Positions 40,752 through 52,484 of a DNA stretch of 64,000 nucleotides are shown here, piece after piece (the first letter of the stretch is position 1; each line of letters starts with the position of its first letter). The notes beneath the pieces are model-generated. The model was not told the DNA's origin. It worked only from the letters and a program-made list of their open reading frames with translations, and ran no database searches. The translations under genes and the position numbers were made by a program. This stretch comes from an uncultured delta proteobacterium (GTDB lineage: Bacteria > Myxococcota_A > Polyangia > Palsa-1104). Location: contig CAWAWS010000020.1 of the NCBI GenBank assembly GCA_963785725.1, positions 303,201 through 367,200 of the forward strand. Direction: 5' to 3'.

Positions 40752-40786
40752 GAGCGGGGTTCCTTCGGGAGCCCCGCTCTTTTTTT
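40752..40786 (+). terminator. Rho-independent terminator after the 4xDsbA gene
   Basis: GAGCGGGGTTCC-TTCG-GGAGCCCCGCTC: a 12-bp stem with one G-U pair and a UUCG tetraloop, followed by TTTTTTT. Confidence 0.75.
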
Positions 40787-40848
40787 GCGCGCGAATGTGA
40801 GCCGCCGCGGTCGGACCAGCTCGCCGAGGCTGTGCTAGCATTGCCGGC

Positions 40849-41880
40849 ATGCTCATCCTCATGCACTCGACCGCCTCGCCGGCCGACGTGGACGCGGTCG
40901 CCGACAAGGTGCGCGCGCTCGGCTTCACGCCGCACAAAATGCCCGGCGCGCAGCGCATCGCCGTCGCCATCACGGGCAACTCGGGACCGGTCGACAGCGC
41001 CCACTTCGTGCATCTGAGCGGCGTCGCCGAGGCGGTGTCGATCTCGAAGCCGTTCAAGCTGGCATCGCGCGAGACGCATCCGCACGACACCGTCATCAAC
41101 ATCAAGACGCCGACGGCGACGGTCGCGTCGATCCTCGGCGGCGGCACGTTCGCGGTCATCGGCGGACCGTGCGCCGTCGAAGGGTACGAGCAGACGCTGG
41201 CGGCGGCGCGCGCGGTCAAAGCCGCGGGCGGCAAGTTCCTGCGCGGCGGCGCCTACAAGCCGCGCACGTCGCCCTACTCGTTCCAAGGCACCAAGCTCGA
41301 AGGCCTGAAGATTCTGTCCGAGGCCCGCAAAGAGACGGGGCTGCCGGTGGTGACCGAGGTGCTCGACACGACGCACATCGAGCAGGTCGCCGAGCACGTC
41401 GACATCCTGCAGATTGGTACGCGCAACGCGCAAAACTTCGCGCTCTTGGAGGCGGTGTCGTCGATCCGCAAGCCGGTGCTGCTCAAGCGCGGCATGTCGT
41501 CGACGATTCAGGAGTTCTTGATGGCCGCCGAGTACATCGTCAAGGGCGGCAACTATCAGGTCATCTTGTGCGAGCGCGGCATTCGCACGTTCGAGCCGAT
41601 GACGCGCAACACGCTCGACCTCGGCTCGGTGCCGCTCATCAAACGGCTGACGCACTTGCCGATCATCGTCGACCCGTCGCACGGCACGGGCGACAGCGTG
41701 CTCGTGAGGCCGATGGCGCGCGCGGCGCTGGCGGCGGGCGCGGACGGCGTCATGGTCGACGTGCATCCCGAGCCCGAGAAGGCGCTGTGCGACGGCCCGC
41801 AGTCGCTGCGTCCGTCGGAGTTCTCCGCGCTCATGGACGAATTGCGCGCCATCGCCGCGGTCATGAAAGTGACGATGTGA
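40849..41880 (+). CDS. aroF: 3-deoxy-7-phosphoheptulonate (DAHP) synthase, type I-beta with an N-terminal regulatory domain
   Basis: 343 aa; [71 protein letters not shown]. Confidence 0.85.
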   Translation: MLILMHSTASPADVDAVADKVRALGFTPHKMPGAQRIAVAITGNSGPVDSAHFVHLSGVAEAVSISKPFKLASRETHPHDTVINIKTPTATVASILGGGTFAVIGGPCAVEGYEQTLAAARAVKAAGGKFLRGGAYKPRTSPYSFQGTKLEGLKILSEARKETGLPVVTEVLDTTHIEQVAEHVDILQIGTRNAQNFALLEAVSSIRKPVLLKRGMSSTIQEFLMAAEYIVKGGNYQVILCERGIRTFEPMTRNTLDLGSVPLIKRLTHLPIIVDPSHGTGDSVLVRPMARAALAAGADGVMVDVHPEPEKALCDGPQSLRPSEFSALMDELRAIAAVMKVTM

Positions 41881-42119
41881 AGGCGCTGACGCTGTACACG
41901 CGAGTGGGCTGCCACTTGTGCGACGTGATGAAGGAGCGGCTGGACGTGATCGGTCAAACGCATCCATTTACGCTGCAGCTCGTCGATATCGACCAAGATC
42001 CGACGCTGAAGCAGCAGTACGACCACGAGGTCCCGGTGCTGCTCGTCGACGGCGCCAAAGTGGCGAAGTACCGGCTCGACGAAGCCATGCTGCTGCGACG
42101 GCTGGAGAATCGAGCGTGA
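41877..42119 (+). CDS. Glutaredoxin-like small protein (CxxC)
   Basis: The GTG start overlaps the aroF stop codon. [22 protein letters not shown]...VPVLLVDG. ~80 aa. Confidence 0.6.
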   Translation: MKALTLYTRVGCHLCDVMKERLDVIGQTHPFTLQLVDIDQDPTLKQQYDHEVPVLLVDGAKVAKYRLDEAMLLRRLENRA

Positions 42120-42748
42120 GCGCGGACGACGAATCGAAAGCGGCGCCGGCGCCGACGTTGTTGCGCGCGGTCGCCTACGGCACGGCCGCCGTGGTGACGG
42201 CGATTTTGGTCGTGCTCTATGGTCGCGCCTTGCCGGACGCGATGAAGCGGGCGCACGACGGCGAGCATGCCGGACGCGAAGCCGCGTGCGAGTCGCTGCA
42301 GCCGGCGCCGGGCAACGCGACCTTGGGCCAGCTGCCGGTGGCGGCGCCCGACTTCGCGCTCAAGGATTACGCCGGCCGTGAAACGAAGCTGTCGTCGCTC
42401 AAGGGCAACGTCGTGCTCGTGAACTTCTGGGCCACGTGGTGCGGCACCTGCGTCGTCGAGATGCCGTCGATGGAGAAGCTCGTCGAGAAGGAGCACGGCA
42501 AAGCGTTCCGCCTGCTCGCCGTCAGCGTCGACGACGGCTGGCCGGAGATTCGCAAGTTCTTCGCCAAGGGCACGCCGCTCGAGGTGCTGCTCGACACGAC
42601 GCGCGAGGTGCCGAAGAAATGGGGCACCGAGAAGTTCCCCGAGTCGTTCATCATCGATAAGGACGGCAACATTCGTTATTACGTCGTCAGCAATCGCGAC
42701 TGGAGCACGCCCGCCGTCTCCGCTTGCATCGACGCCATGCTCGATTGA
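42116..42748 (+). CDS. TlpA/ResA-like membrane-anchored thiol:disulfide oxidoreductase
   Basis: The GTG start overlaps the upstream stop codon. It has a TM helix ([17 protein letters not shown]), then [19 protein letters not shown]. Confidence 0.8.
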   Translation: MSADDESKAAPAPTLLRAVAYGTAAVVTAILVVLYGRALPDAMKRAHDGEHAGREAACESLQPAPGNATLGQLPVAAPDFALKDYAGRETKLSSLKGNVVLVNFWATWCGTCVVEMPSMEKLVEKEHGKAFRLLAVSVDDGWPEIRKFFAKGTPLEVLLDTTREVPKKWGTEKFPESFIIDKDGNIRYYVVSNRDWSTPAVSACIDAMLD

Positions 42749-42845
42749 TCGCGCCCGCGTCGCCCGCGACGCGCGAATTCCCGCGAAACCAAGTGTGAGC
42801 TAACGCGCTCGTGGAATTCGGCGGCGGCGGTTATGCTGCGCCACC

Positions 42846-44870
42846 ATGAGATCAACAATCGCATTCGCCCTCGCCGGCGTGCTCGCGCTGGCCGGCACGG
42901 CCGCCGCGACGCCACCCAAGCCCGGCGTCATCAAGCGCAACATCATCATGCAGAAGCGGCAGGCGGGTACGTCGATCGTGACGACGGCGCCCGACGGCAC
43001 GATCAAGATCGTCCTCGACATGGTGGAGAACGGACGCGGCCCGCACTTCGACGACACGCTGCGGCTCGGGCCCGACGGCACGCCGGTGGCGTTCACGGCG
43101 GCCGGTCATCACACGTTCGGCGCCGTCGTGCACGAAGAGTTCACCCGCCAAGGCGATCACGCGCGCTGGAAGAGCGAGGAAGAGAGCGGCGAGCGCGACG
43201 TCAAAGGCCCGGCCTTCTTCGTGCCCGTGTCCGACCTCTTCGAAACCTACGGCTGGATCATCGAAGCGGCCATCGCCCACGGCGGCAAGCTGGCGCTGCT
43301 GCCCGGCGGTGAAGTGCGCGTCGAGAAGCTGACCGACATGACCGTCAAAGTGGGCGCGCAGTCGCGGCACTTGACCGACTACGGCTATATCGGCCTCGAC
43401 TTGATCCGCGGCCACGTGTGGATGAACGACGACGGCACCTTCTTCGGCTTCGTCTTCGCCGGCTTCTCGTTCGTGCCCGACGGCTGGGAGAGCGTCGCCG
43501 ACACGCTCGTCGCCAAGCAGGAGGCGCTCGACCGCGCGCACGACGCGCAGCTGGCGGCGACGTTCGCGCACAAGCCGCCCGCGGCCGGCCTCGTCTACAC
43601 GCACGCGCGCGTGCTCGACGTCGAGCACGGCAAGTGGCTCGCCGACAGCGCCGTCGTCGTCGCCGGCGACAAGATCCTGGCCGTCGGGCCGACCAAATCC
43701 GTACGCATTCCGCCGGGCGCCGAAGTGGTCGACCTCGGCGGCAAGGCGCTCATCCCCGGCTTGTGGGACATGCACGCGCACTTCGGCGACGCCGATGGCC
43801 TGCTCGACGTCGCCTCGGGCGTGACCAGCGTTCGCGACGTCGGCAACAATCCCGACAAGCTCGACGACTACAAGAAGCGGTTCGACGAGGACAGCGCCAT
43901 CGGCCCGCACGTCTATCGCTTCGGCTTCATCGAGGGGCGCAATCCCAAGGCCGCGTCGAGCAAAGTCACCGCCGAGACCGAGGCCGAAGCCATCGCCGGC
44001 GTCGAGTTCTTCGCCAAGCGCCACTACGACGGCATCAAAATCTACAACTCGGTCAAGCCCGAGCTCGTGCCCATCATCGCGCGCGAGGCGCACAAACGCG
44101 GCATGGCGGTCACCGGCCACATTCCCGTGCACATGCTCGCCAACGAGGCGGTGCGCGCCGGCTACGACGGCATCGAGCATATCAACATGTTGTTTTTGAA
44201 CTTCTTCGCCACGCACGACACCGATACGCGCGACACGACGCGCTTTACGCTCGTCGGCGACAAGGCGGCGTCCTTCGATCTGAATGGCAAGCCGATGCGC
44301 GACTTCATTCAGCTGCTCAAAGATCACCACACGATCATCGATCCGACGGTCAACGCCTTCGAGGATCTGCTCGTCGGACAGTCGGGCAAGATCACGCCCG
44401 GCCTGGAGGTCACGGTGGCGCGGCTGCCGCTGCTCTTGCAGCGGCAGTATCGCTCGGGCGGGCTGCCGCTCGGCGACAAGACGCAGCTCTATCACGACTC
44501 GTTCGAGAAGCAGCTGGCGCTGGTGAAGCTGCTCGCCGACGACAAAGTGCCGCTCGTCGTCGGCACCGATTCCTTGGCCGGGCTGTTCCTGCATCACGAG
44601 ATGGCGCTGTTCGTGCGCGCCGGGATTTCGCCGGCGGCGACGCTGCGCATGGCGACGCTCGACTCGGCGCGCGCGCTGCATCAGGACGCGCACACCGGCT
44701 CGATCGCGGCCGGCAAGAGCGCGGATCTCGTCGTCATCGACGGCGATCCGCTGGCCAACATCGCCGACATCGGCAAAGTCGTGACGACGATGCGCGGCGG
44801 GCTCGTGTTCACGTCGCCCCCGCTGTACGAGGCGATGGGCGTCCAGCCGCTCGCCAATGCCCGCCCTTGA
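42846..44870 (+). CDS. Secreted amidohydrolase-family protein
   Basis: Signal peptide MRSTIAFALAGVLALAGTAAA. Motifs include LIPGLWDMHAHF, VTGHIP, GIEHIN and VVGTDS. 674 aa, intact. Confidence 0.8.
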   Translation: MRSTIAFALAGVLALAGTAAATPPKPGVIKRNIIMQKRQAGTSIVTTAPDGTIKIVLDMVENGRGPHFDDTLRLGPDGTPVAFTAAGHHTFGAVVHEEFTRQGDHARWKSEEESGERDVKGPAFFVPVSDLFETYGWIIEAAIAHGGKLALLPGGEVRVEKLTDMTVKVGAQSRHLTDYGYIGLDLIRGHVWMNDDGTFFGFVFAGFSFVPDGWESVADTLVAKQEALDRAHDAQLAATFAHKPPAAGLVYTHARVLDVEHGKWLADSAVVVAGDKILAVGPTKSVRIPPGAEVVDLGGKALIPGLWDMHAHFGDADGLLDVASGVTSVRDVGNNPDKLDDYKKRFDEDSAIGPHVYRFGFIEGRNPKAASSKVTAETEAEAIAGVEFFAKRHYDGIKIYNSVKPELVPIIAREAHKRGMAVTGHIPVHMLANEAVRAGYDGIEHINMLFLNFFATHDTDTRDTTRFTLVGDKAASFDLNGKPMRDFIQLLKDHHTIIDPTVNAFEDLLVGQSGKITPGLEVTVARLPLLLQRQYRSGGLPLGDKTQLYHDSFEKQLALVKLLADDKVPLVVGTDSLAGLFLHHEMALFVRAGISPAATLRMATLDSARALHQDAHTGSIAAGKSADLVVIDGDPLANIADIGKVVTTMRGGLVFTSPPLYEAMGVQPLANARP

Positions 44871-44897
44871 TTCATCCCTGCTAATCCGAGGCGCGCG

Positions 44898-47800
44898 CTA
44901 AAACGGCGCGTTCAGTAAGAAATAGACCTGATTTCCGCCGCCGGCGTTGACGCCGTGCGCATATCCGAGCTGCAGCGCCGCGCCGTAATAATAGGCGTAA
45001 TCGATCTCCAATATCGCTTCGGCGCCCACGCCCAGCTTCAGCTTGTCGAACGAGAATCCGTTGTTGAAGGCGTTGCCATAATCGGCGAATGCCTTGGCGT
45101 GTAATCGCCGCAAATAGAGCGGAAACGTGTCGATACTGCGTTCAATCCACACGATCGGAAAGCGATATTCGGCGTTGAGCACGTGAAACTGATCGCCGAC
45201 CTGCGACGCGTAAGGGTAACCGCGCAGCGACGCCGTTCCCGGACGCGAGAAGTCGTAGATCGATTGCAGCAGGTTCTGCGGCGGATAACCGCCGAGCACG
45301 AAGCTCGACTTATGCGTCGGATCGCCGCCGGAAATACCGCCCGAATAGGCGAGCCACAAGACATGATTGCGTAAGAAGCGGCTGGGCCAAGGAATGGGAA
45401 TCCATTCGTTGTAATACCAGCTGGCCGAATAGGTCTCGTATTGCGAGCCGAGCACGCGCGTGCCGATGGCCAGATTGAGCGATAGATAACGCCCCTCTTC
45501 GGTCGATATCGAATATTGATAGCGGCGCGCGTTCGAATAGACCCACGTCGCCGCCAAGCCGGCGATATTTCCCGTCGCCGGATAGACCGGAATCAGCGCC
45601 GACGGATCGGGCGTCGCCTTCTTGGTCTCGTTCCGCGTATTGGTGAAGTCGTAGGAAAATATGAGGTCGGAATATTCGACGATATGGCGATAAATCGGTA
45701 AATCCATACTCGTACCGACCGACCAGATATCGGCGTTCCAGCCGACGTCGACGCCGTTGATGATTTCGCCGGCGCGCTTCTGCAATTGGCGCGAGACGCC
45801 CATATTGAGCGACGGCCATAAGCCGGTATACGAATAGTTCGCCGCGAACTGCACGTCGTCGGAGCGGCCGGTGCCGAAGCCGAGCTGCAAGCTCCACGAT
45901 TGGCGCCCGACGACGTCGGTGCCCGACAGCTTGAAGCCGATGATCTCGCCATAGCCGTCGGGATTGGCGTACGGCGACCACGTCCACGGAATGAGCGTGC
46001 TCAGCGGATTGTAGCGGCGATGCGGCAACGTCGGGCCGTCGGGCGGCACTTCACCGTCGGGGCGATCGACGATCGCCGGCTCGGCTTCGTGCCACGTCGA
46101 GCGATCGAGCACCGCCGTCTGCAGGTCGTAGCCGTCGGAGTGAAAGCCGACGAAGGCCAGCATTTTACCATCGGGCGAGATGGCCGGATCGAACACGCCT
46201 TCGAGCACGTTCGTCACTTGCCAGGTCTTGCCGGTCTCGAATTCGAACGCGAACAAGTTGTAGACGCCCGTGCGATCGCTGACGAAATAGAGCAATTTCC
46301 CGTCGGGCGAATAACGCGGCTCGAGATCATAAGAACGATCGTTCGTAATACGAACAATCTCCCGCGTCTGTAGATTCATCGTGTAAATGTCGCGAAATCC
46401 GCCTTTGCGCCACCACGAGAACGCGATCGATTGACCATCCGGCGAATAGACCGGCGTATAGGCGTGCTCCATGTTGGCGACGGGGATGATCGTCTCGATC
46501 GTCCCGTCGCCGTCGACGGCGAGCCGGCCCAAGCCGCGCGACGAATTGCCGGTCATTTCGAACACGACCCAGCGGCCGTCGGGCGAGAGCGCCGGATTCC
46601 AGGCGCGCGCGCCGTCAGTCAACCGGCGCTTTTCGTGCTTCACGCGGTCATAGAGAAAGACGTCATTGAAGTAATAGTTGGTGTGCCAAACGGTCTGCTC
46701 GTGAAACGCGATATAACGACCATCGCCGCTCAGCGACGGGCCGCCGGCGGCGTCGGTGAGCACCTCCGTCTTCTGCCACGGCATGCGCGCGCCGATCTTG
46801 GGCGCGATCGGGCCATTGGCCGGCAAGCGCGCGATGCGCTGCCGCGTAAAGCCGTCATAGCGCAGCACGATGATCTCTTTGCCGTCGGGCGTGAACACCG
46901 GCCGCGCCGGCCCCGACGGATCGGGCGGCGACAATTCGCGCGTCACCGTGATCGGCCCACGCTCTTGAATAGCCGCGCGCTGCTTCCGATAACGATCGGT
47001 CAGCTCCGCTTTGAAGTCGCGATAGAGCTCGATCCAGGTCTTGCCCGTGACGTGCTTGATGCTGCGACTCATTCCGCCGGGAATGCACGACGAGCCGTAG
47101 TCGCGCGACATCTTCAAGAGCGCGCCTTCGCCGTAATGCTCGGCCACGAAGCGCGTCAACGCCGAGCCGTACAAATAAGCGGCATTTCCAAAGGGAAACT
47201 GATTGGGCGAGACCGATATCTGATCGATTCTTTGAAAGCGGTTTTCCAGCGTTTGCGTGCGTAAATACATATCCCATATCGCGTTACGCAGACGTCCGGC
47301 GGCGGTGCGCGCGGTCTCCTCGAAGACCGCCAAGCCTTCCAATCCCCAGCGCGGCTGAAATTGATTGGGCGGATAAATGGTGCCGACGCCGAGGCCGAGC
47401 ACGGCGTTGATGATCTTGGCGCAAGGCCCGCCGATCGTTCCCGTATGCAGAATATGCGTATATTCGTGCATGACGAGATCGGTCAGCCAATCGTCGTAAT
47501 CATTGAGCTCGGCGCGATCGTCGGGTGAATTGGCATATAACGTAATCGCCGGATAAGGGTAAACGCCGGCAAAGCCGTTATAGTCGTCGATGTCATCGGT
47601 CACGACGATATGGGTCTTCTTGTCGAGCCCTTTACCGAGCACCGGCGTCAGCTTGCGCCAGGCATTCTCGGTGGTGACGGCCAGCCGCTGCGCCACCGGC
47701 TCTTCGCCGCCGCCATGCGGCAGCGTGTAGTAGTGAATGAGGAAGTGCGGCGTCTCGATCGTATGCCAGACGCGCGCGGGATCGTCGGCGCGCGCGTCTC

Positions 47801-47918
47801 CGGCTAGTGCGAGCAGCGACAGCGCGGCCACGATCGCGCCGGCCAGCGGCGTGCGCCGCGCCGCCGTCAACAGCTCGACCCCGACGGCGAATGCGAGGCC
47901 GAGAGGACTACCGCCCAC
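44898..47918 (-). CDS. Large envelope protein: HExxH metallopeptidase-like N-domain, TolB-type beta-propeller, and a C-terminal beta-barrel-like region
   Basis: LVMHEYTHILH. Repeated blades: FTPDGKEIIV, LSGDGRYIAF, LSPDGRWVVF, YSPDGQSIAF, YSPDGKLLYF, ISPDGKMLAF. The C-terminal half is rich in alternating aromatic and Gly residues and ends in ...YFLLNAPF. Confidence 0.65.
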   Translation of the reverse strand: MGGSPLGLAFAVGVELLTAARRTPLAGAIVAALSLLALAGDARADDPARVWHTIETPHFLIHYYTLPHGGGEEPVAQRLAVTTENAWRKLTPVLGKGLDKKTHIVVTDDIDDYNGFAGVYPYPAITLYANSPDDRAELNDYDDWLTDLVMHEYTHILHTGTIGGPCAKIINAVLGLGVGTIYPPNQFQPRWGLEGLAVFEETARTAAGRLRNAIWDMYLRTQTLENRFQRIDQISVSPNQFPFGNAAYLYGSALTRFVAEHYGEGALLKMSRDYGSSCIPGGMSRSIKHVTGKTWIELYRDFKAELTDRYRKQRAAIQERGPITVTRELSPPDPSGPARPVFTPDGKEIIVLRYDGFTRQRIARLPANGPIAPKIGARMPWQKTEVLTDAAGGPSLSGDGRYIAFHEQTVWHTNYYFNDVFLYDRVKHEKRRLTDGARAWNPALSPDGRWVVFEMTGNSSRGLGRLAVDGDGTIETIIPVANMEHAYTPVYSPDGQSIAFSWWRKGGFRDIYTMNLQTREIVRITNDRSYDLEPRYSPDGKLLYFVSDRTGVYNLFAFEFETGKTWQVTNVLEGVFDPAISPDGKMLAFVGFHSDGYDLQTAVLDRSTWHEAEPAIVDRPDGEVPPDGPTLPHRRYNPLSTLIPWTWSPYANPDGYGEIIGFKLSGTDVVGRQSWSLQLGFGTGRSDDVQFAANYSYTGLWPSLNMGVSRQLQKRAGEIINGVDVGWNADIWSVGTSMDLPIYRHIVEYSDLIFSYDFTNTRNETKKATPDPSALIPVYPATGNIAGLAATWVYSNARRYQYSISTEEGRYLSLNLAIGTRVLGSQYETYSASWYYNEWIPIPWPSRFLRNHVLWLAYSGGISGGDPTHKSSFVLGGYPPQNLLQSIYDFSRPGTASLRGYPYASQVGDQFHVLNAEYRFPIVWIERSIDTFPLYLRRLHAKAFADYGNAFNNGFSFDKLKLGVGAEAILEIDYAYYYGAALQLGYAHGVNAGGGNQVYFLLNAPF

Positions 47919-47928
47919 GCGGGACGGA

Positions 47929-48495
47929 TCACAAGTCGGTCCCGAGCACCTGGCTGATGGTCCGATAGCCGAGCGCGGCGTAGAAGCGCTGCGCGTCCTC
48001 GTTGCCGTCCCACACCGTCAACAGCACCTGCGTCGCGCCCTGCTGGCGCGCCCACTCGGTGGCCGCCGTCATGAGCGCGCGCCCGCAGCCGCGCCGCCGC
48101 CGCGTGCGCGCGACGATGAGCGTCTCGATGTGCCCGCGTCGCTGCGGCACCATCGTCAGCGCCACCGGCGTGTCGTAGACCTGCACGTGCAAGGCGCCGT
48201 GCACGCTGCCGCGGTCATCGCAGGCGACGAGGATGGTCTCGTGCCGGCTCTCCTCGGCGTCGCGCAGCGTGTCGACGGCGCGCTGGCGGCCGCGCTCGGG
48301 ATCGGCGCGGCGGAAGAAGGCGGGCGACAGCTTGGCGTGCAGCGCGTCCGCCTCGTGCCACAGCCGCGTCAGCGCGTCGAGATCGTCGTCCGCGGCGGCG
48401 CGCACTCGCCAGCGCCCGGCCGCGTCGGCGCGCCGCTCGACTTCGCCGTTGCCGTTGCCGGCGCCGCTGCGTACGCGCGAGCCCGAGCTACGCAC
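47929..48495 (-). CDS. GNAT-family N-acetyltransferase
   Basis: IVARTRRRRGCGRALMTAATEWARQQGATQVLLTVWDGNEDAQRFYAALGY. The exact start is uncertain. Confidence 0.75.
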   Translation of the reverse strand: MRSSGSRVRSGAGNGNGEVERRADAAGRWRVRAAADDDLDALTRLWHEADALHAKLSPAFFRRADPERGRQRAVDTLRDAEESRHETILVACDDRGSVHGALHVQVYDTPVALTMVPQRRGHIETLIVARTRRRRGCGRALMTAATEWARQQGATQVLLTVWDGNEDAQRFYAALGYRTISQVLGTDL

Positions 48496-48889
48496 CGAAC
48501 GCCTCGGACAGGAGCTTGTCGATGTCGCGGCGGCTCACCGGCTTACGCAGGAAGAAGTCGGCGCCGAGCGCGCGCGCCTGATCTTCGGTCGCCTGCGCCG
48601 ACTCGGTGGTGATGATGGCGATGCGCACGCGCTGGTCGCTCGCGGGCGGGCTCGGCTGCGCCGTCTCCGACTCGCGGACGCGCTTGATGAGCTTCATCCC
48701 GTCGAGAATCGGCATGTTCAAGTCCATGAGCAGCAGGTCGTAGTGACTCGCCGACAGGAGCTTGAGCGCGGCCAGGCCATCGCCCGCCTCCGCGACCTCG
48801 ACGTTGGGACGCTTCTTCACCGCCAACGTCAGCAGCTGACGCATGGCCGGCGAATCTTCGACGATCAGGATCTTGATTGTTCGGCTCAT
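48488..48889 (-). CDS. Single-domain response regulator (CheY-like receiver)
   Basis: KILIVEDSPAMRQLL...YDLLLMDLNMPILDGMKLIKRVR. 133 aa. Confidence 0.85.
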   Translation of the reverse strand: MSRTIKILIVEDSPAMRQLLTLAVKKRPNVEVAEAGDGLAALKLLSASHYDLLLMDLNMPILDGMKLIKRVRESETAQPSPPASDQRVRIAIITTESAQATEDQARALGADFFLRKPVSRRDIDKLLSEAFGA

Positions 48890-48892
48890 GTC

Positions 48893-49756
48893 TTAAGCGG
48901 AGTGTGCGACGCGCGGCTCTAGAGCCGGCTGCGCGGACAAAAACGGACGAACGGCCCGCAGGAACTGCTCGGGACGCTCGATGAACGGCATATGGCCGCA
49001 CGCCGGAATGACCTCGAGGCGCGCGCCGGGAATCGCGCGGCCCAGCTGCTTGCCGCGCGACAAGGGCACGAGGCGATCTTCGTCGCCCCACACGAGCAGC
49101 GTCGGCTGCGTGATGCGCGCGGCGTCGGCGTTCTCGCTCGGCAGCGACGTCAGCATCTGCATGCAGGCGTAGAACGCGTCGCGCGCGCCGGCGCGGTTGA
49201 AGCGATCCCAGTAATAGTCGAGCCAGGCGGTGTCGAGGCTGCGCGGATCGCGCACGGCGTGCTGGCGATTGGCGCGCTCGAACTCGCGGCGACCGAAGAC
49301 GTTCTTGAACACGAACGGCCCGACGCCGGGCACGAGCGCCAGCTTGGCGTCGAGCGGCAAGGTCGGCGGCGGATAGGCCGCGGCCGCCGACAAGACGAGC
49401 TTGCGCACGCGCGCCGGATAGCGCGCCGCCAGCGTCAGCGCCGTGCCGCCGCCCATCGACGCACCGAGCACGTCGGCGCTGGCGACACCGAGCTTGCCCA
49501 TGATCTCGTCGACGAGCTTGGCGAACGCGGCGAAGTCGTAAGCAAACTCCGACGGCGACGGCTTGTCCGACTCGCCGTGACCGGGCAGATCGAGCGCGAT
49601 GACGTCGTGCTCTTTGGCCAGCTGCGCGACGATGGGCCGGAAGTAGTAGTGCGACATCATCCAGCCGTGGATGAGCACGAGCGGCTCGCCGTGGCCGCCG
49701 CGATGGACGAAGATGCGACCCGCGGAGCTGTCGACGAAATTGCCGGGAAGACTCAC
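48893..49756 (-). CDS. Alpha/beta-fold hydrolase
   Basis: PLVLIHGWMMSH, the nucleophile elbow GASMGG, and a C-terminal GHMPFIERPEQF. Confidence 0.8.
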   Translation of the reverse strand: MSLPGNFVDSSAGRIFVHRGGHGEPLVLIHGWMMSHYYFRPIVAQLAKEHDVIALDLPGHGESDKPSPSEFAYDFAAFAKLVDEIMGKLGVASADVLGASMGGGTALTLAARYPARVRKLVLSAAAAYPPPTLPLDAKLALVPGVGPFVFKNVFGRREFERANRQHAVRDPRSLDTAWLDYYWDRFNRAGARDAFYACMQMLTSLPSENADAARITQPTLLVWGDEDRLVPLSRGKQLGRAIPGARLEVIPACGHMPFIERPEQFLRAVRPFLSAQPALEPRVAHSA

Positions 49757-49896
49757 GCCCGAAATTTAGCACAACTGCAGCGCGCTACATCAGAGGCACG
49801 ATCGGGCGCTACGAGCGCGCAAAGCGCGCGTCGGCCGGGAGCCCGGCCGTGGGGCGGCTCGGCGAGCGCGCTGCTCGCCGAGGGTGCCTCCACCCT

Positions 49897-51708
<1,812 letters not shown>

Positions 51709-51748
51709 CGCGCGGACGCCGTCGCAAAGAGGTGTTCGCTCGAGCGCA

Positions 51749-52024
51749 CTAATCCTCCCCGAACTTGTCCTTCACCAACGTCGACAAGGCCTGCATCGCC
51801 GCCGCCGCGTCGCCGCCCGTGCACTTCACCGAGATCCACGAGCCCTTGGCGGCCACCAGCATCAGCACGCCCATGATGCTCTTGCCGTTGACGCTCTGCC
51901 CGTCTTTCTCGACGGCGACCGCGCTCTGAAACTTGTTCGCCGTCTGCACGAACTTCGTGGCGGCGCGCGCGTGCATGCCGAGCTCGTTCATGATCTGCAT
52001 TCGCTGTTCGATGCTATCGGACAT
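51749..52024 (-). CDS. ptsH: Phosphocarrier protein HPr
   Basis: 91 aa; GMHARAA (His15 site) and NGKSIMGV (Ser46 site). Confidence 0.85.
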   Translation of the reverse strand: MSDSIEQRMQIMNELGMHARAATKFVQTANKFQSAVAVEKDGQSVNGKSIMGVLMLVAAKGSWISVKCTGGDAAAAMQALSTLVKDKFGED

Positions 52025-52066
52025 GCGCTTGGCCTCTGACTTTCACCACTGCTTGCACTAATTCCT

Positions 52067-52465
52067 TCACTCTTTGGGACCCATCGCCGAATGAATGTGG
52101 ATGCTCTTGACGCCCGTCGCCTGCAGCTCCTCCGCCAGCGTCAGCGCGCTCTGATCGCGATTCGCCGTCGCCAGCTTGAACAGCATGGGCAAGTTCATCC
52201 CCGTCAACACGACGCTGCGACCACCGCACTTCTTGCAGCAGAGATTGTAGGGCGTCGAGCCTTCGAGATCGGTCAGAAACAGCACTTCATCGCTGTCGAT
52301 GTCGCCGACGACATCTTCGATGTGCGACTCGGTCTCGACGCGCGGCTCACCGATACGCACGCTGATCGTGTGTACGTTGAGGCTGCCGACGACGCGCTCG
52401 GCGGCGTCGACCATCGAGCTGGCCGCGGTTCCGTGTGTAATGACGACGATCCCAGTCATGCCCAT
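52067..52465 (-). CDS. PTS EIIA component, mannose/fructose family
   Basis: GIVVITHGTAASSMVDAAERVVG...LFLTDLEGSTP. 132 aa. Confidence 0.7.
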   Translation of the reverse strand: MGMTGIVVITHGTAASSMVDAAERVVGSLNVHTISVRIGEPRVETESHIEDVVGDIDSDEVLFLTDLEGSTPYNLCCKKCGGRSVVLTGMNLPMLFKLATANRDQSALTLAEELQATGVKSIHIHSAMGPKE

Positions 52466-52484
52466 TGTTTCACCATGCTACTCG

